DNA of 64,000 nucleotides from an uncultured Rhabdochlamydiaceae bacterium (GCA_963712275.1 CAVQHD010000001.1:1152001-1216000), one strand, 5' to 3'. Numbered from the stretch's first letter, positions 41,793-51,094 are shown. Numbers and translations are program-made. Notes: a model not told the origin generated them from the sequence alone.

Positions 41793-42779
41793 TCAAGAAT
41801 AACTGATAACCCAATTCTCAAGTAAAAAAGTTTTGGCGTACTGGTGAAGAGAATCGGGGTCCTGATACGCAGAGCTTAGAATTTGCTGCCTATGCTCGAG
41901 CAGTTTGGGGGTGCTTTTAAATAAAAAACCGAGCAGCTGTTTCAGTTTATTCACGCGCAGTTTCATAGAAGTGTCGGGAGCCATACTTGCTAAATAAACA
42001 TCGAAGTACCGCATCAAATCTTCCCACTTAGGCGTGTAGTTTTCTTGAGCAAAATGGGCCCGGATTTGATGGAAAATGAAAGGATTGATCACGCTTCCTC
42101 GTCCAATCATCAAGGCATCGCAGCCTGTGATGCGCAGCATGCTCAAGGCATTTTCGACATTGAGAATATCTCCATTGCCTACAACGGGTATTTTCAGAAG
42201 AGATTTTGCCTCGGCAATGAGATCCCACCTTGCAGGAGGGCCGTACCCATCCGCCTTGGTTCTTGGGTGGAGCGTGATGTATCGAACCCCGCTCTCCGCA
42301 GCTGCCAGTAGGTTTTCCTTAAATAATGAAATATCCTCATATCCTGAACGCATTTTCACGGTGACGGGAATCGAAACAGCCTCAGCGACGGATTTCGCCA
42401 CTTGATGTAAGGCATCAGGATCTTTTAACAGACTGGAACCTGCCCCTCGGCCCGTTACGGTATTGGAAGGACATCCACAATTGACATCGATGCGCGGCGC
42501 TCCTCTGCGCATGAGCTCTTGCGCCATGAGCGCCATCAAGTCGGTGTCAGATCCCATGATCTGCGCAGCAAGTGGAATCGGGGAGAGTTCGGTAGCACAG
42601 TAGACCTTGCTGAGCGATGGAATATGAGCGTTGGCCGGAACCCGAAGAAAATCTTTAACAGCCTCATCAAACCCTCCAATCGAGGCCATTGCCTTGCGAA
42701 AAGCGGTATCGCCGACCCCTTCCATCGGAGCTAATTGGAGGTAGGGGCAGCCATTAGGATCTTTAGAGAGGATTTGCAA
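41793..42779 (-). CDS. dus: tRNA-dihydrouridine synthase; the 5' end is interrupted by a MITE
   Basis: LAPMEGV, IDVNCGCP, GAGSSLL, GNGDI, MIGRG; the likely original ATG at 42952 lies across element B. Confidence 0.9.
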   Translation of the reverse strand: MQILSKDPNGCPYLQLAPMEGVGDTAFRKAMASIGGFDEAVKDFLRVPANAHIPSLSKVYCATELSPIPLAAQIMGSDTDLMALMAQELMRRGAPRIDVNCGCPSNTVTGRGAGSSLLKDPDALHQVAKSVAEAVSIPVTVKMRSGYEDISLFKENLLAAAESGVRYITLHPRTKADGYGPPARWDLIAEAKSLLKIPVVGNGDILNVENALSMLRITGCDALMIGRGSVINPFIFHQIRAHFAQENYTPKWEDLMRYFDVYLASMAPDTSMKLRVNKLKQLLGFLFKSTPKLLEHRQQILSSAYQDPDSLHQYAKTFLLENWVISYS

Positions 42780-42935
42780 ATTCAGATTTCGTCGCTTTTT
42801 GGAGGATTTTTGGCCAATTTTCGCTTTATTTGATGGGGGTTATATCAACTTTCGTATATTACCCCCATCAAATAAAGCGAAAATTGGCCAAAAATCCTCC
42901 AAAAAGCGACGAAATCTGAATTTGCAAACCCTCTC
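42766..42935. mobile_element. 170-bp fold-back MITE-like element, copy B (opposite orientation to A)
   Basis: Arms match at 74/75 nt; loop is the reverse complement of copy A's; TTA direct repeat at 42763-42765 and 42936-42938. Confidence 0.9.
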
Positions 42936-43007
42936 TTAGAGAGCGTAGCCATCCGAAAACTATACCATGGATTGATTGTTTCTGCTACATTGCATCCTCT
43001 GAAATTT

Positions 43008-44756
43008 ATGATTCAATTTGATCAGGTGACCCTTGCTTTTTCTGGCCATATTCTCTTTGAAGCAGCCTCTTTCACCCTTCAAAAAGGGGAGCGGTGCGGC
43101 CTAGTCGGCCGGAATGGGTCGGGGAAATCGACTCTCTTTCGCTTAATCAATGGAGAGATTGAGCCCGATCGTGGAGCGGTTAGCATCCCAAAAAATTACC
43201 GCATCGGTTATTTGCAGCAGCATATCCATTTTACGGAGGCCAGCCTACTCCAGGAAGCTGCTCTTGGACTGCCTCCTGATGAGCAGGATGATCTCTACAA
43301 AGCAGAGAAAATTTTATTTGGACTTGGATTTACAGAACAAGATCTAGAGATCTCTCCCCATCAATTTTCCGGGGGATTTCAACTTCGGTTGAATCTTGCC
43401 AAAGTGTTGATATCACATCCTCGGTGCCTTCTCTTGGATGAACCGACAAATTACCTTGATATCGTTTCCATCCGCTGGCTCACAAATTTTTTAAGCCGCT
43501 GGCCAGGAGAATTTATCCTCATTTCGCACGATCGCGATTTCATGGACAGCGTGACAACGCATACGATGGGCATCCATCGAGAAAAGTTAAAAAAAATCAA
43601 AGGGTCTTCAATCGATTTTTTTCAGCAGGTTCTTTTTGAAGAAGAGCTCCATGAAAAAACCAGGATCAAATCAGAGAAAAAAAGAGCTCATCTGCAGAGC
43701 TATATAGACCGTTTTGGAGCCAAAGCTTCTAAAGCTAGCCAGGCGCAGTCGAAGTTGAAAATGATCGCAAGGGATCCGGTCTTAGAAAAATTAAACCAAC
43801 TATCCGAGCTTTCCTTCGTTTTTCAAGAGGCTCCCTTTCCGGGCAAAAAAATGGTCGATGCAAAGCACCTTTGTTTTTCTTATACGCAAGCGCCTCTGAT
43901 TGAGGATGTTTCAATTGAAATAGAAAAAGGCGAGCGGATCGGCATCATTGGAAAAAATGGGCGTGGGAAATCGACCCTTTTAAGACTGTTAGGGCGCGAC
44001 CTGACCGCCCAGCGCGGCTCTTTGGAATTTTCCGACAACACTAAAATTGGGTATTTCGGCCAGACGCATATTGAGCAACTGAGTCGCCATCACACGATCG
44101 AAGAGGAAATTGCTTTGGCCAACCCCTCTCTGAACTTTACAGAAATCAAGGGTATTGCTGGATCGATGCTCTTTAGTGGCACCCTCTCATCTAAGAAAAT
44201 CTCCTTTCTTTCCGGTGGTGAAAAGAGCCGCGTCCTGCTCGGGAAAATTATCGCCCATCCTTGCAACCTTCTTCTTTTGGACGAGCCGACGCATCATCTC
44301 GACATTGAATCGATCGAAGCTCTCATAGAAGCGCTGGAGGATTTTTCTGGATCAGTGGTGATGGTGACCCATAGCGAGCTCATCTTAAGAAGGCTCAATT
44401 TAGATAAGGTCATCCACTGCGAAGAGGCAAAACAAACTCTTTTTCTTGGCACCTATGATGAATTTCTCGAAAAAGTCGGCTGGGAAGAGAAAAAACAAAA
44501 ACCTGCTTCTAAGAAAGTAGAGCCTCATCATCGAAAAGAACAGACAGCGGCTTTAAAACCGATCGAAAAAGAAATTCAAGAGCGCGAGCAACAAATAACC
44601 TTCCTAGAAGATGAGCAGAGAAAAAAGCTTGGCCTCCTTGAAAAAGGAGAAACATCCCCGAAGCTGCTGCAGTCTCTCGGTCAGATCAAAAAACAGATAG
44701 AGCAGCTCGAGGCTCAACTTTATGAACTCTACGATCTTTTATTTAAATCTCAGTAA
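43008..44756 (+). CDS. ABC-F family ATPase
   Basis: Two ABC domains (GRNGSGKST, GKNGRGKST; LLDEPTN, LLDEPTH), no TM segments, C-terminal coiled coil. Confidence 0.94.
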   Translation: MIQFDQVTLAFSGHILFEAASFTLQKGERCGLVGRNGSGKSTLFRLINGEIEPDRGAVSIPKNYRIGYLQQHIHFTEASLLQEAALGLPPDEQDDLYKAEKILFGLGFTEQDLEISPHQFSGGFQLRLNLAKVLISHPRCLLLDEPTNYLDIVSIRWLTNFLSRWPGEFILISHDRDFMDSVTTHTMGIHREKLKKIKGSSIDFFQQVLFEEELHEKTRIKSEKKRAHLQSYIDRFGAKASKASQAQSKLKMIARDPVLEKLNQLSELSFVFQEAPFPGKKMVDAKHLCFSYTQAPLIEDVSIEIEKGERIGIIGKNGRGKSTLLRLLGRDLTAQRGSLEFSDNTKIGYFGQTHIEQLSRHHTIEEEIALANPSLNFTEIKGIAGSMLFSGTLSSKKISFLSGGEKSRVLLGKIIAHPCNLLLLDEPTHHLDIESIEALIEALEDFSGSVVMVTHSELILRRLNLDKVIHCEEAKQTLFLGTYDEFLEKVGWEEKKQKPASKKVEPHHRKEQTAALKPIEKEIQEREQQITFLEDEQRKKLGLLEKGETSPKLLQSLGQIKKQIEQLEAQLYELYDLLFKSQ

Positions 44757-45126
44757 ATCCTAAATAGGTCAAATACGCTCCTAGGACTACTAAAATAAGA
44801 AGTATGCCCCAATATCCTCGATGGAAGCAAGAGACAAGCTTCTTTTGAAGGCGCGTTGGAAAAGCAATCCGCCAGAGCCCTCTGAGGATTAGAAGGTAGC
44901 CTACAAAGGTAATGAAGCCTTGCCAATCCATCTGATAGACAGGGTGGGCAATCACAATGGCAAGACCCAGCAAAAGGGAAAGCGATCCTGAGAAAACAAG
45001 GAGTCCCTTTGAAGAGGCAAAGTCTTTGACTGCCCCTTCCAGCTCATGCCTGCGGAAAAGCAGGTCAGCGGCAATAATTAATAAATAAATTCCGAGCAGC
45101 TTAGCTAAAAATATTGATAATTCCAT
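44743..45126 (-). CDS. Small four-TM membrane protein
   Basis: SD AAGGAG upstream; hydrophobic 127-aa ORF. Confidence 0.8.
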   Translation of the reverse strand: MELSIFLAKLLGIYLLIIAADLLFRRHELEGAVKDFASSKGLLVFSGSLSLLLGLAIVIAHPVYQMDWQGFITFVGYLLILRGLWRIAFPTRLQKKLVSCFHRGYWGILLILVVLGAYLTYLGFTEI

Positions 45127-45226
45127 TTGTTACTCCTTTTTTTCCTTGTAATGGAGTTGTCAAGAATTTTTCCATAAAAAAATCTTACGGTACTACCAAT
45201 TTGCTACCAAAATCTACCAAATTGGT

Positions 45227-45400
45227 AAGTGGGATGCGGAAGCGTTAGAAAGAGCGGTCCGGGAAGAATCAGGCGCAATTGGAGTTGTTCGAACGGCTCA
45301 GGAATGGCTTGCCCACCCTGTTGGCCGTTGCCTGGCTTCAAAGCCTGTCGTGGAAATAGAAAAAATTGCCGATACCGGTCCTATTCCTCTGCCGAAATTG
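45227..45400 (+). pseudogene. Internal fragment of a CaiB/BaiF-like CoA-transferase
   Basis: Frame from 45230 reads WDAEALERAVREESGAIGVVRTAQEWLAHPVGRCLASKPVVEIEKIADTGPIPLP with no start; absent from the ORF track. Confidence 0.6.
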
Positions 45401-45432
45401 ATTATAAGTAACATAATTGTCTCACTATTGTA

Positions 45433-46197
45433 TTAAAGAAAAAAGCGAAAAGTTACAAAAGCTCCCCACTGGTTGAGGTTTCTTTTGGGTAGACCCAGGG
45501 CATCTGAAGCTCCTATAGGTAAAAATCGGTAGTAAGGGGCAAATTCTAACCAGAAATCCTTTGCATATCTGTAGGTAACAGGAAGATGTACTTCTGCGCC
45601 CGTTCTATTTTTAAGCACCCAGGCAGCTCCAGATAAGCTTTTGATTCTAAGGTATTGATTGAAAGTAGGAAGACAATCGACTTGCAATCCTAGCATCCAA
45701 TTTTGCCAGGTATAGTGAGTTTCTAGCCCAGCAATGGCATAGTAAATAGTATAGTTCAGTTGGATGGGGGCGGTGGAGGAATAACCTGTATGATGATCAG
45801 AGAGAAAATCAAGTCCAAAGCCTGCATAGGGAGTGATCATCCAATTGTTAAGAGGAGAAAAACAGTATCCTCCGACAAATTCTGAGTACCATTCATGAAA
45901 TTTCGTTTTATTTAATGAACTCGATAATCGTCCGAGGTTGTACGTAGAACGTGCTTGACCAAAGAAAGCATTTGGTTGCTGATAGGAGAGTTTGCCTACA
46001 GCGCCGCCAGTACTTCCTGAATAGGTAGGAGGAGTTGAAACCGACATCCAGGTATAGGCGCCCCCGACATCCAAAGACCATCCTTGGGGCTTTTTAGCGT
46101 TAGGCTGAGGCATTTCTTTATTTTTGGACGTATCAGTAAAGACAACGCTTGCCGAAAGTAAAAACATCGATAAAAACCATTGCCAGTTGTTCATCAT
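45433..46197 (-). CDS. Outer-membrane beta-barrel protein
   Basis: Signal peptide, alternating aromatic strands, C-terminal WGAFVTFRFFL. Confidence 0.75.
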   Translation of the reverse strand: MMNNWQWFLSMFLLSASVVFTDTSKNKEMPQPNAKKPQGWSLDVGGAYTWMSVSTPPTYSGSTGGAVGKLSYQQPNAFFGQARSTYNLGRLSSSLNKTKFHEWYSEFVGGYCFSPLNNWMITPYAGFGLDFLSDHHTGYSSTAPIQLNYTIYYAIAGLETHYTWQNWMLGLQVDCLPTFNQYLRIKSLSGAAWVLKNRTGAEVHLPVTYRYAKDFWLEFAPYYRFLPIGASDALGLPKRNLNQWGAFVTFRFFL

Positions 46198-47417
46198 AGT
46201 CCTGCCTTATTCAGTTTTTTTATTGTTTCATCAAGTTGTAGAGAATAGTGTGGCCTCAATCGATTAATATCATAGAGTCCTGACGGCAATGCTATGATAC
46301 TCACTGTATTAGAAGCATAATTGCTCACATATGCAAATTGGCCATTGGGTGATATGGCAATTGTATCAGGAGAGAATCCAACTCCTATGATTGGAGAGAT
46401 TACTGTATTAGTTTGAATGTCGATAATATTAACAGCCCCTTGGCTAGATGTTAAATCGGTAAATCCAGCGCCATTATAGATAGTGCTATAATTAGAAACA
46501 TATGCAAAGGACCCATCGGGTGTAATGGCAATGCCAGAAGGTTGTATTCCAAGAGTGATCGTTGCAGCAATGGTATTGCTGCTTAGATCAACAACACTTA
46601 CTGTGGTGCCTACAGGTGAAAAATTATTGCTCCCAAAATTAGTTACATAAGCATATTTGCCATTAGGTGTTATTGCAATTGCAAAGGGGCCGGAAAAACC
46701 TGTAATGGCATTGAGCTGTACAGAGTTGTCGCTTGTTTTTATGATGCTTATTGTGCCGGTGCCTAGATTACCATCGACATAACTAACAACATAGACATAG
46801 GCGCCATCTGGCGTTATAGCCATTGCCGCAGGAGCAAGTCCCACCGTAAGTGCCGATCCAATAATGGCATTGGTGTTTAGATCAACCACCCTCACCGTTG
46901 TTCCATTACCACTTCCAACACCTTCAGGGCCTCCGTAATTATTGACATAGGCATGAGTTCCATCAGGGGTTATAACCAGACCCGAGGGGCCATCAAAACC
47001 ACCGATCGTGCCTGTAACTGTATTAGTGGTTAAATCTATAATAGTCACAGTTGTGCTATTGCTATTGGTTACATAAGCTTTTGTTCCAGCTGGATTAATA
47101 GTGACTGTATAGGGCTCGTTAAAACTACTGTCGCCAATGGTTTGTGCGAGGGTGTTATATGTGAGATTTAATACACTAACAGTATCTCCACCAGGGAGTG
47201 CACTATTGTTGTTATTTGCCACATAGGCGAAGAGATTGTTAGGGGTAACCGCTATTCCCGCCGGGGTATTCCCTACAGGAATCGTTGCAACAACGGTATT
47301 AGGCTCACTTGCAAATGAAAATGTTGACCACAACAATAAGAAACCGACTGTATAAGCTCTTGATTTGGTTGCCATTGGTGTTTTCCTTAAAAATTTAAAT
47401 TCTTTTTTGAAGAACAT
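46194..47417 (-). CDS. YVTN/YncE beta-propeller repeat protein
   Basis: About seven repeats of PxGIAITPDGxxAYVTN...TVSVID. Confidence 0.93.
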   Translation of the reverse strand: MFFKKEFKFLRKTPMATKSRAYTVGFLLLWSTFSFASEPNTVVATIPVGNTPAGIAVTPNNLFAYVANNNNSALPGGDTVSVLNLTYNTLAQTIGDSSFNEPYTVTINPAGTKAYVTNSNSTTVTIIDLTTNTVTGTIGGFDGPSGLVITPDGTHAYVNNYGGPEGVGSGNGTTVRVVDLNTNAIIGSALTVGLAPAAMAITPDGAYVYVVSYVDGNLGTGTISIIKTSDNSVQLNAITGFSGPFAIAITPNGKYAYVTNFGSNNFSPVGTTVSVVDLSSNTIAATITLGIQPSGIAITPDGSFAYVSNYSTIYNGAGFTDLTSSQGAVNIIDIQTNTVISPIIGVGFSPDTIAISPNGQFAYVSNYASNTVSIIALPSGLYDINRLRPHYSLQLDETIKKLNKAGL

Positions 47418-47428
47418 ATTAAATTCGG

Positions 47429-48568
47429 CTAAAAATCGAGGCTTAAAGAGGCATAGGGGCCGGTTAAGATAAAATTGCTCAAGGTTCTTTCAAAGCCAAC
47501 TGCATATACTCCTGAATCGGGGGTGGCGCCAGGTGCAAGGCTGGGGATGACTTGGGGGGCTGTCATATCGATTGTTTGTACTGCGTCGAGATAGATCTCG
47601 GCTTGGTATCCAGCGCTAAATTTTACTCTGCAGCATTTGAATAATCCTACATAAGAAAATCCCAGCTTTTCTTCAAAACTAGGGACGAGCTGCGTTCTAT
47701 TAGGAACGGTTGTTCTTTGAGTGTTTGGCTCAGGGACATTATTAGCGACTAGAAAGGGGGCATCGGATTTGTAGGTTGCCCCGTTTTGCGACTTGCCAAT
47801 CATTAAACCGAATGAAGATGTTCCACTAAAAAAGAAATCAGAAACGATTCGATAGTCAAAATCAAGGCCAAACTTTGGGCCTGCGCCGGTAAAAGTAGAA
47901 TGGGTCTTAACCGAACGAACAGAGGTATTAGCAGCATTGGAATAGGTCGATTTCAACGATTGCTTAATACGAGTAAACCCTATGCCTACAAAAAGAGTCG
48001 GATACCAACGCTTGAAAGTACAAAATCCTTGTCCAAAAACTAAATTTACGGCATCAAACTCGAAATTCACTTTTCCGTGAGCCTTTGTGTAAGCAGCAGA
48101 ATTGGGTCCTATATCGAACAAAGGTCCAATCATGAGAGCCCCTTCATCTGCAGTCGTAGACAATGTTTTTGAGGCTGTTTTGCTTGAATAGACACGTTCC
48201 CAACTTAATTCAAGATTCATATTGGAGGGGGACAAGAGCAACTCAGTCCCGACCTTAAAAGCGGGAGTGTAATTGGGGGAGATTTCGAAAATTTTCCAGT
48301 TTGGGGCAAGAGCCTGTAAAGCGACTCCACCGTTAATAGATTGATCGAGAGGTATTGCCTGTGCTGCATAGTAAAGAGAGCTTCCGTTGGGCTGAAGAAA
48401 TAAAAGATCGGCATAAATTTCACCCACTACACTACGGCAATCAAGGAAGTAGGGTAAACAGTCGTTACTTGGTGGCTTGACCGGTGCGGCTGATGCACTA
48501 AGACTAGCAAAAAAAGAAGAGACAATTAAAACTGACAGAGTTTTCACAGAAATCCCTATGTTGTTCAT
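47429..48568 (-). CDS. Legionella MOMP/Lpg1974-like outer-membrane porin
   Basis: Signal peptide; LFLQP, FDAVNLVFG, FTGAGPKFGLD, terminal GPYASLSLDF. Confidence 0.78.
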   Translation of the reverse strand: MNNIGISVKTLSVLIVSSFFASLSASAAPVKPPSNDCLPYFLDCRSVVGEIYADLLFLQPNGSSLYYAAQAIPLDQSINGGVALQALAPNWKIFEISPNYTPAFKVGTELLLSPSNMNLELSWERVYSSKTASKTLSTTADEGALMIGPLFDIGPNSAAYTKAHGKVNFEFDAVNLVFGQGFCTFKRWYPTLFVGIGFTRIKQSLKSTYSNAANTSVRSVKTHSTFTGAGPKFGLDFDYRIVSDFFFSGTSSFGLMIGKSQNGATYKSDAPFLVANNVPEPNTQRTTVPNRTQLVPSFEEKLGFSYVGLFKCCRVKFSAGYQAEIYLDAVQTIDMTAPQVIPSLAPGATPDSGVYAVGFERTLSNFILTGPYASLSLDF

Positions 48569-48640
48569 AAGTAATAGGGGCTATGTGTATCAAAAAAAAT
48601 ATTAAAGGTCAATACCAGCCTCAATCTGTGAATGATGTGT

Positions 48641-49244
48641 TTACAACATCGAGCGCAGAGATGCCTCAACAAGAGAGCGTCTAGAAGGTGAGGGGATTTT
48701 GCGAACCATTTCAAAGGCTTTTTTAGTGTTGAATGCTTTAGGTAGCTCAACCTCAGGCAGCGTTTTAAACCAAAGCGATTTCGCGGGTTTTAAGTAAAAG
48801 ATATCGATAAGAGCTTTTTCTGGTGTTGCCATCTTTACGAGAGTCTCTGGGTCAACTTCATATCCGAAGAAGAATTCAGGAGCAATATGGTGCGCTGAAA
48901 TCGTGGCTAGAGGTGTAGAGATACGCCGTGTGCGAGTAGGCGATACTACAGAGATAATGCAAGGGATTTGGTCGATCATGCCATGATGATAAAGGGCTGT
49001 CTGTAACGAAACATAACAAGGAAAAAGGAGCGATTAAATATTCTGGGATTAACAAAGGATTGATGTTAACATCAATGGCCCAAAACCCTCTTGATAAATG
49101 CACGACCTGTTTTTCAAGAGATAAGCGTCTCAGCAGTTGGCTTGTGTGCTCATTGCTTAACTTCAAAAGACATGCCGCATCTTCTGTTTGTAGAATTGGA
49201 ACCCCTATATTCTGTAGAGTTTTCAGTGCCGTTAATAATCTCAC
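48641..49244 (-). pseudogene. AbiEi-type (type IV TA) antitoxin with a +1 frameshift
   Basis: Removing one A from the A5 run at 49022-49026 joins the two ORFs: ...EYLIAPFPCYVSLQTALYHHGMIDQIP...ATPEKALID. Confidence 0.85.
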
Positions 49245-49354
49245 TGCAGCGACTCCAAATATTCTACGACTTTCAATTGGATCGTTGCTTCATAATACAA
49301 GAAGATGACACTAATGTCAATAACTCGTCTTATCGATTTTTGCGAATTCTTTTT

Positions 49355-49726
49355 TTATCTCTGCATAAAACGACTGCCGTCATAGAACAGCTCGCTTTTG
49401 ACAATCAGCCCATCCCGAAAACTGAGTAGCACTGCAGCTGGGAAGCCTTTAGCAATTCCAGGGATGTCTACAGCGTAGACGATCATAGCTTGGTCTCCAG
49501 CGCCAAATTTAGATCGTATTGCCAGAGACTCGAATAAATTCATATATTCACTGGTAGCTTTAATAACGGCTTCTTTCCCTTTTAAATTTCCTACGGGGCC
49601 GTGAAGCTCCACATCGTGGTGCAGGTAGTTTTTGATTCCTTCTAGATTTTTTTCTCCCACCAGCTTGTAATACTCTTCAGCGAGTGCCACAGGTTTTTTT
49701 TTCATAACGATCTCCTTGTTAAACAT
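49355..49726 (-). CDS. SnoaL/NTF2-like protein
   Basis: YLHHDVELHGP...GKEAV...FRDGLIVKSELFYD. Confidence 0.85.
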   Translation of the reverse strand: MFNKEIVMKKKPVALAEEYYKLVGEKNLEGIKNYLHHDVELHGPVGNLKGKEAVIKATSEYMNLFESLAIRSKFGAGDQAMIVYAVDIPGIAKGFPAAVLLSFRDGLIVKSELFYDGSRFMQR

Positions 49727-49813
49727 TTGACATCTGTCATCGAATATAGCACCCTATACTCAATACGAGATTCATGCTAGCAAACCATATTGATTATAGC
49801 AAGGTATATCCAA

Positions 49814-50479
49814 ATGGAAAAGTTTAAAAAAAGAATTTACAATTCTGAAACCAGAGATCTACAGGCAGCCCAGACAAAATCCCATATTTTGAAGGCTGCA
49901 CAAGCGCTCTTTCAGACCGAGGGATTTGATCGCGTGACCATCAGCAAACTAGCAAAAGCTGCGGAAGTCTCCATGCCAACGATTTATGCCATCTTTAAAT
50001 CGAAACGAGGAGTGCTGCAATCGCTCATCGATGAGGCCCTTCCTTCACAGCAACGCGGGACACTCGTCGATGATTCTATGCAAGAGAAGTCTCCCAAAAA
50101 ACGCCTTAGCATCACTGCAAAGTTATCGCGCCAAATCTATGATGCTGAAAGAGAGGTGATGGATATTTTGCGAGGCGCCTCTGTCGTTGCACCGGAATTT
50201 AAGGAGCTCGAGCAGGAAAGAGAACAGAGGCGCTATGAAAGGCAGGGAGAGTATGTCAAAAAGATGATGAAAGAGAAGATTCTTGCAAAAGGATTGACTC
50301 TACAAAAAGCGCGCGATATTCTCTGGACAATGACGGGTCGCGATATATATCGAATGTTGGTTGTCGAAAGAGGATGGACATCAGATGAGTACGAAAAATG
50401 GCTGGCGCAGATTTTAGTCAAATCGCTTCTAGAGGTAGTTGCAAAACTCAGGGTTCGTCGATTTTCGGGATTATTTTGA
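49814..50479 (+). CDS. TetR-family regulator; the C-terminus is supplied by a MITE
   Basis: HTH ILKAAQALFQTEGFDRVTISKLAKAAEVSMPTIYAIFKSK; divergent from the SnoaL gene. Confidence 0.93.
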   Translation: MEKFKKRIYNSETRDLQAAQTKSHILKAAQALFQTEGFDRVTISKLAKAAEVSMPTIYAIFKSKRGVLQSLIDEALPSQQRGTLVDDSMQEKSPKKRLSITAKLSRQIYDAEREVMDILRGASVVAPEFKELEQEREQRRYERQGEYVKKMMKEKILAKGLTLQKARDILWTMTGRDIYRMLVVERGWTSDEYEKWLAQILVKSLLEVVAKLRVRRFSGLF

Positions 50480-50602
50480 CCGATTTTCGATCCAAATTGC
50501 GGGGGTAATATACTGAAAGTCGATATTACCCCCGCAATTTGGATCGAAAATCGGTCAAAATAATCCCGAAAATCGACTGAACCTGAGTTTTGCAACTACC
50601 TC
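50432..50602. mobile_element. 171-bp fold-back MITE-like element, copy C
   Basis: Termini GAGGTAGTTGCAAAACTCAG; near-perfect arms; TCTA direct repeat at 50428-50431 and 50603-50606. Confidence 0.88.
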
Positions 50603-50656
50603 TCTAGATAGCTGAATATCTGCTCAGTGTAAAATCGAAATAAATAGGGACATAAT

Positions 50657-51094
50657 ATGACGATTATCGAAAAAATCAATGAGGGGATCAAAGAAGCAAT
50701 GAGAGCCCGAGATCAGATTAGACTTGATACATTGCGTATGCTCAAATCAAAAATATTGGCTGTGGATGCACGTGCTAACCTTCCTGACGCAGAAGTTATA
50801 AAACTATTCAAAAACTACTTCGGTAGCCTTCAAGAAACCCTTGAACAGGCTCAAGGCGCTAACCGCACTGATATCGCTGAGCGGTTAAAAAGGGAGCTGA
50901 TGATTATTCAAGAGTTCTTACCTAAAGCTCTCTCTGCTGAAGAAACCAAAAGAATCGTTGTGCAGGCTATTGCCGAGTCTGGAGCCAAGACAAAAAAAGA
51001 TCTAGGGTTGGTCATGAAGGCTGTCATGAAATTCAATAGTTCGGTTGATGGAAGGTTGGCTAAAGATTTGGCTGGAGAATTACTAGCTGATTAG
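50657..51094 (+). CDS. GatB/YqeY domain protein
   Basis: IKEAMRARDQIRLDTLRMLKS...EFLPKALS...DLGLVMK. Confidence 0.92.
   Translation: MTIIEKINEGIKEAMRARDQIRLDTLRMLKSKILAVDARANLPDAEVIKLFKNYFGSLQETLEQAQGANRTDIAERLKRELMIIQEFLPKALSAEETKRIVVQAIAESGAKTKKDLGLVMKAVMKFNSSVDGRLAKDLAGELLAD

Noticed and set aside
45229..45411. 60-aa Cys-rich ORF that looks like a small peptide
   Set aside because: The neighbouring frame carries a recognisable CoA-transferase fragment, which explains the sequence better.
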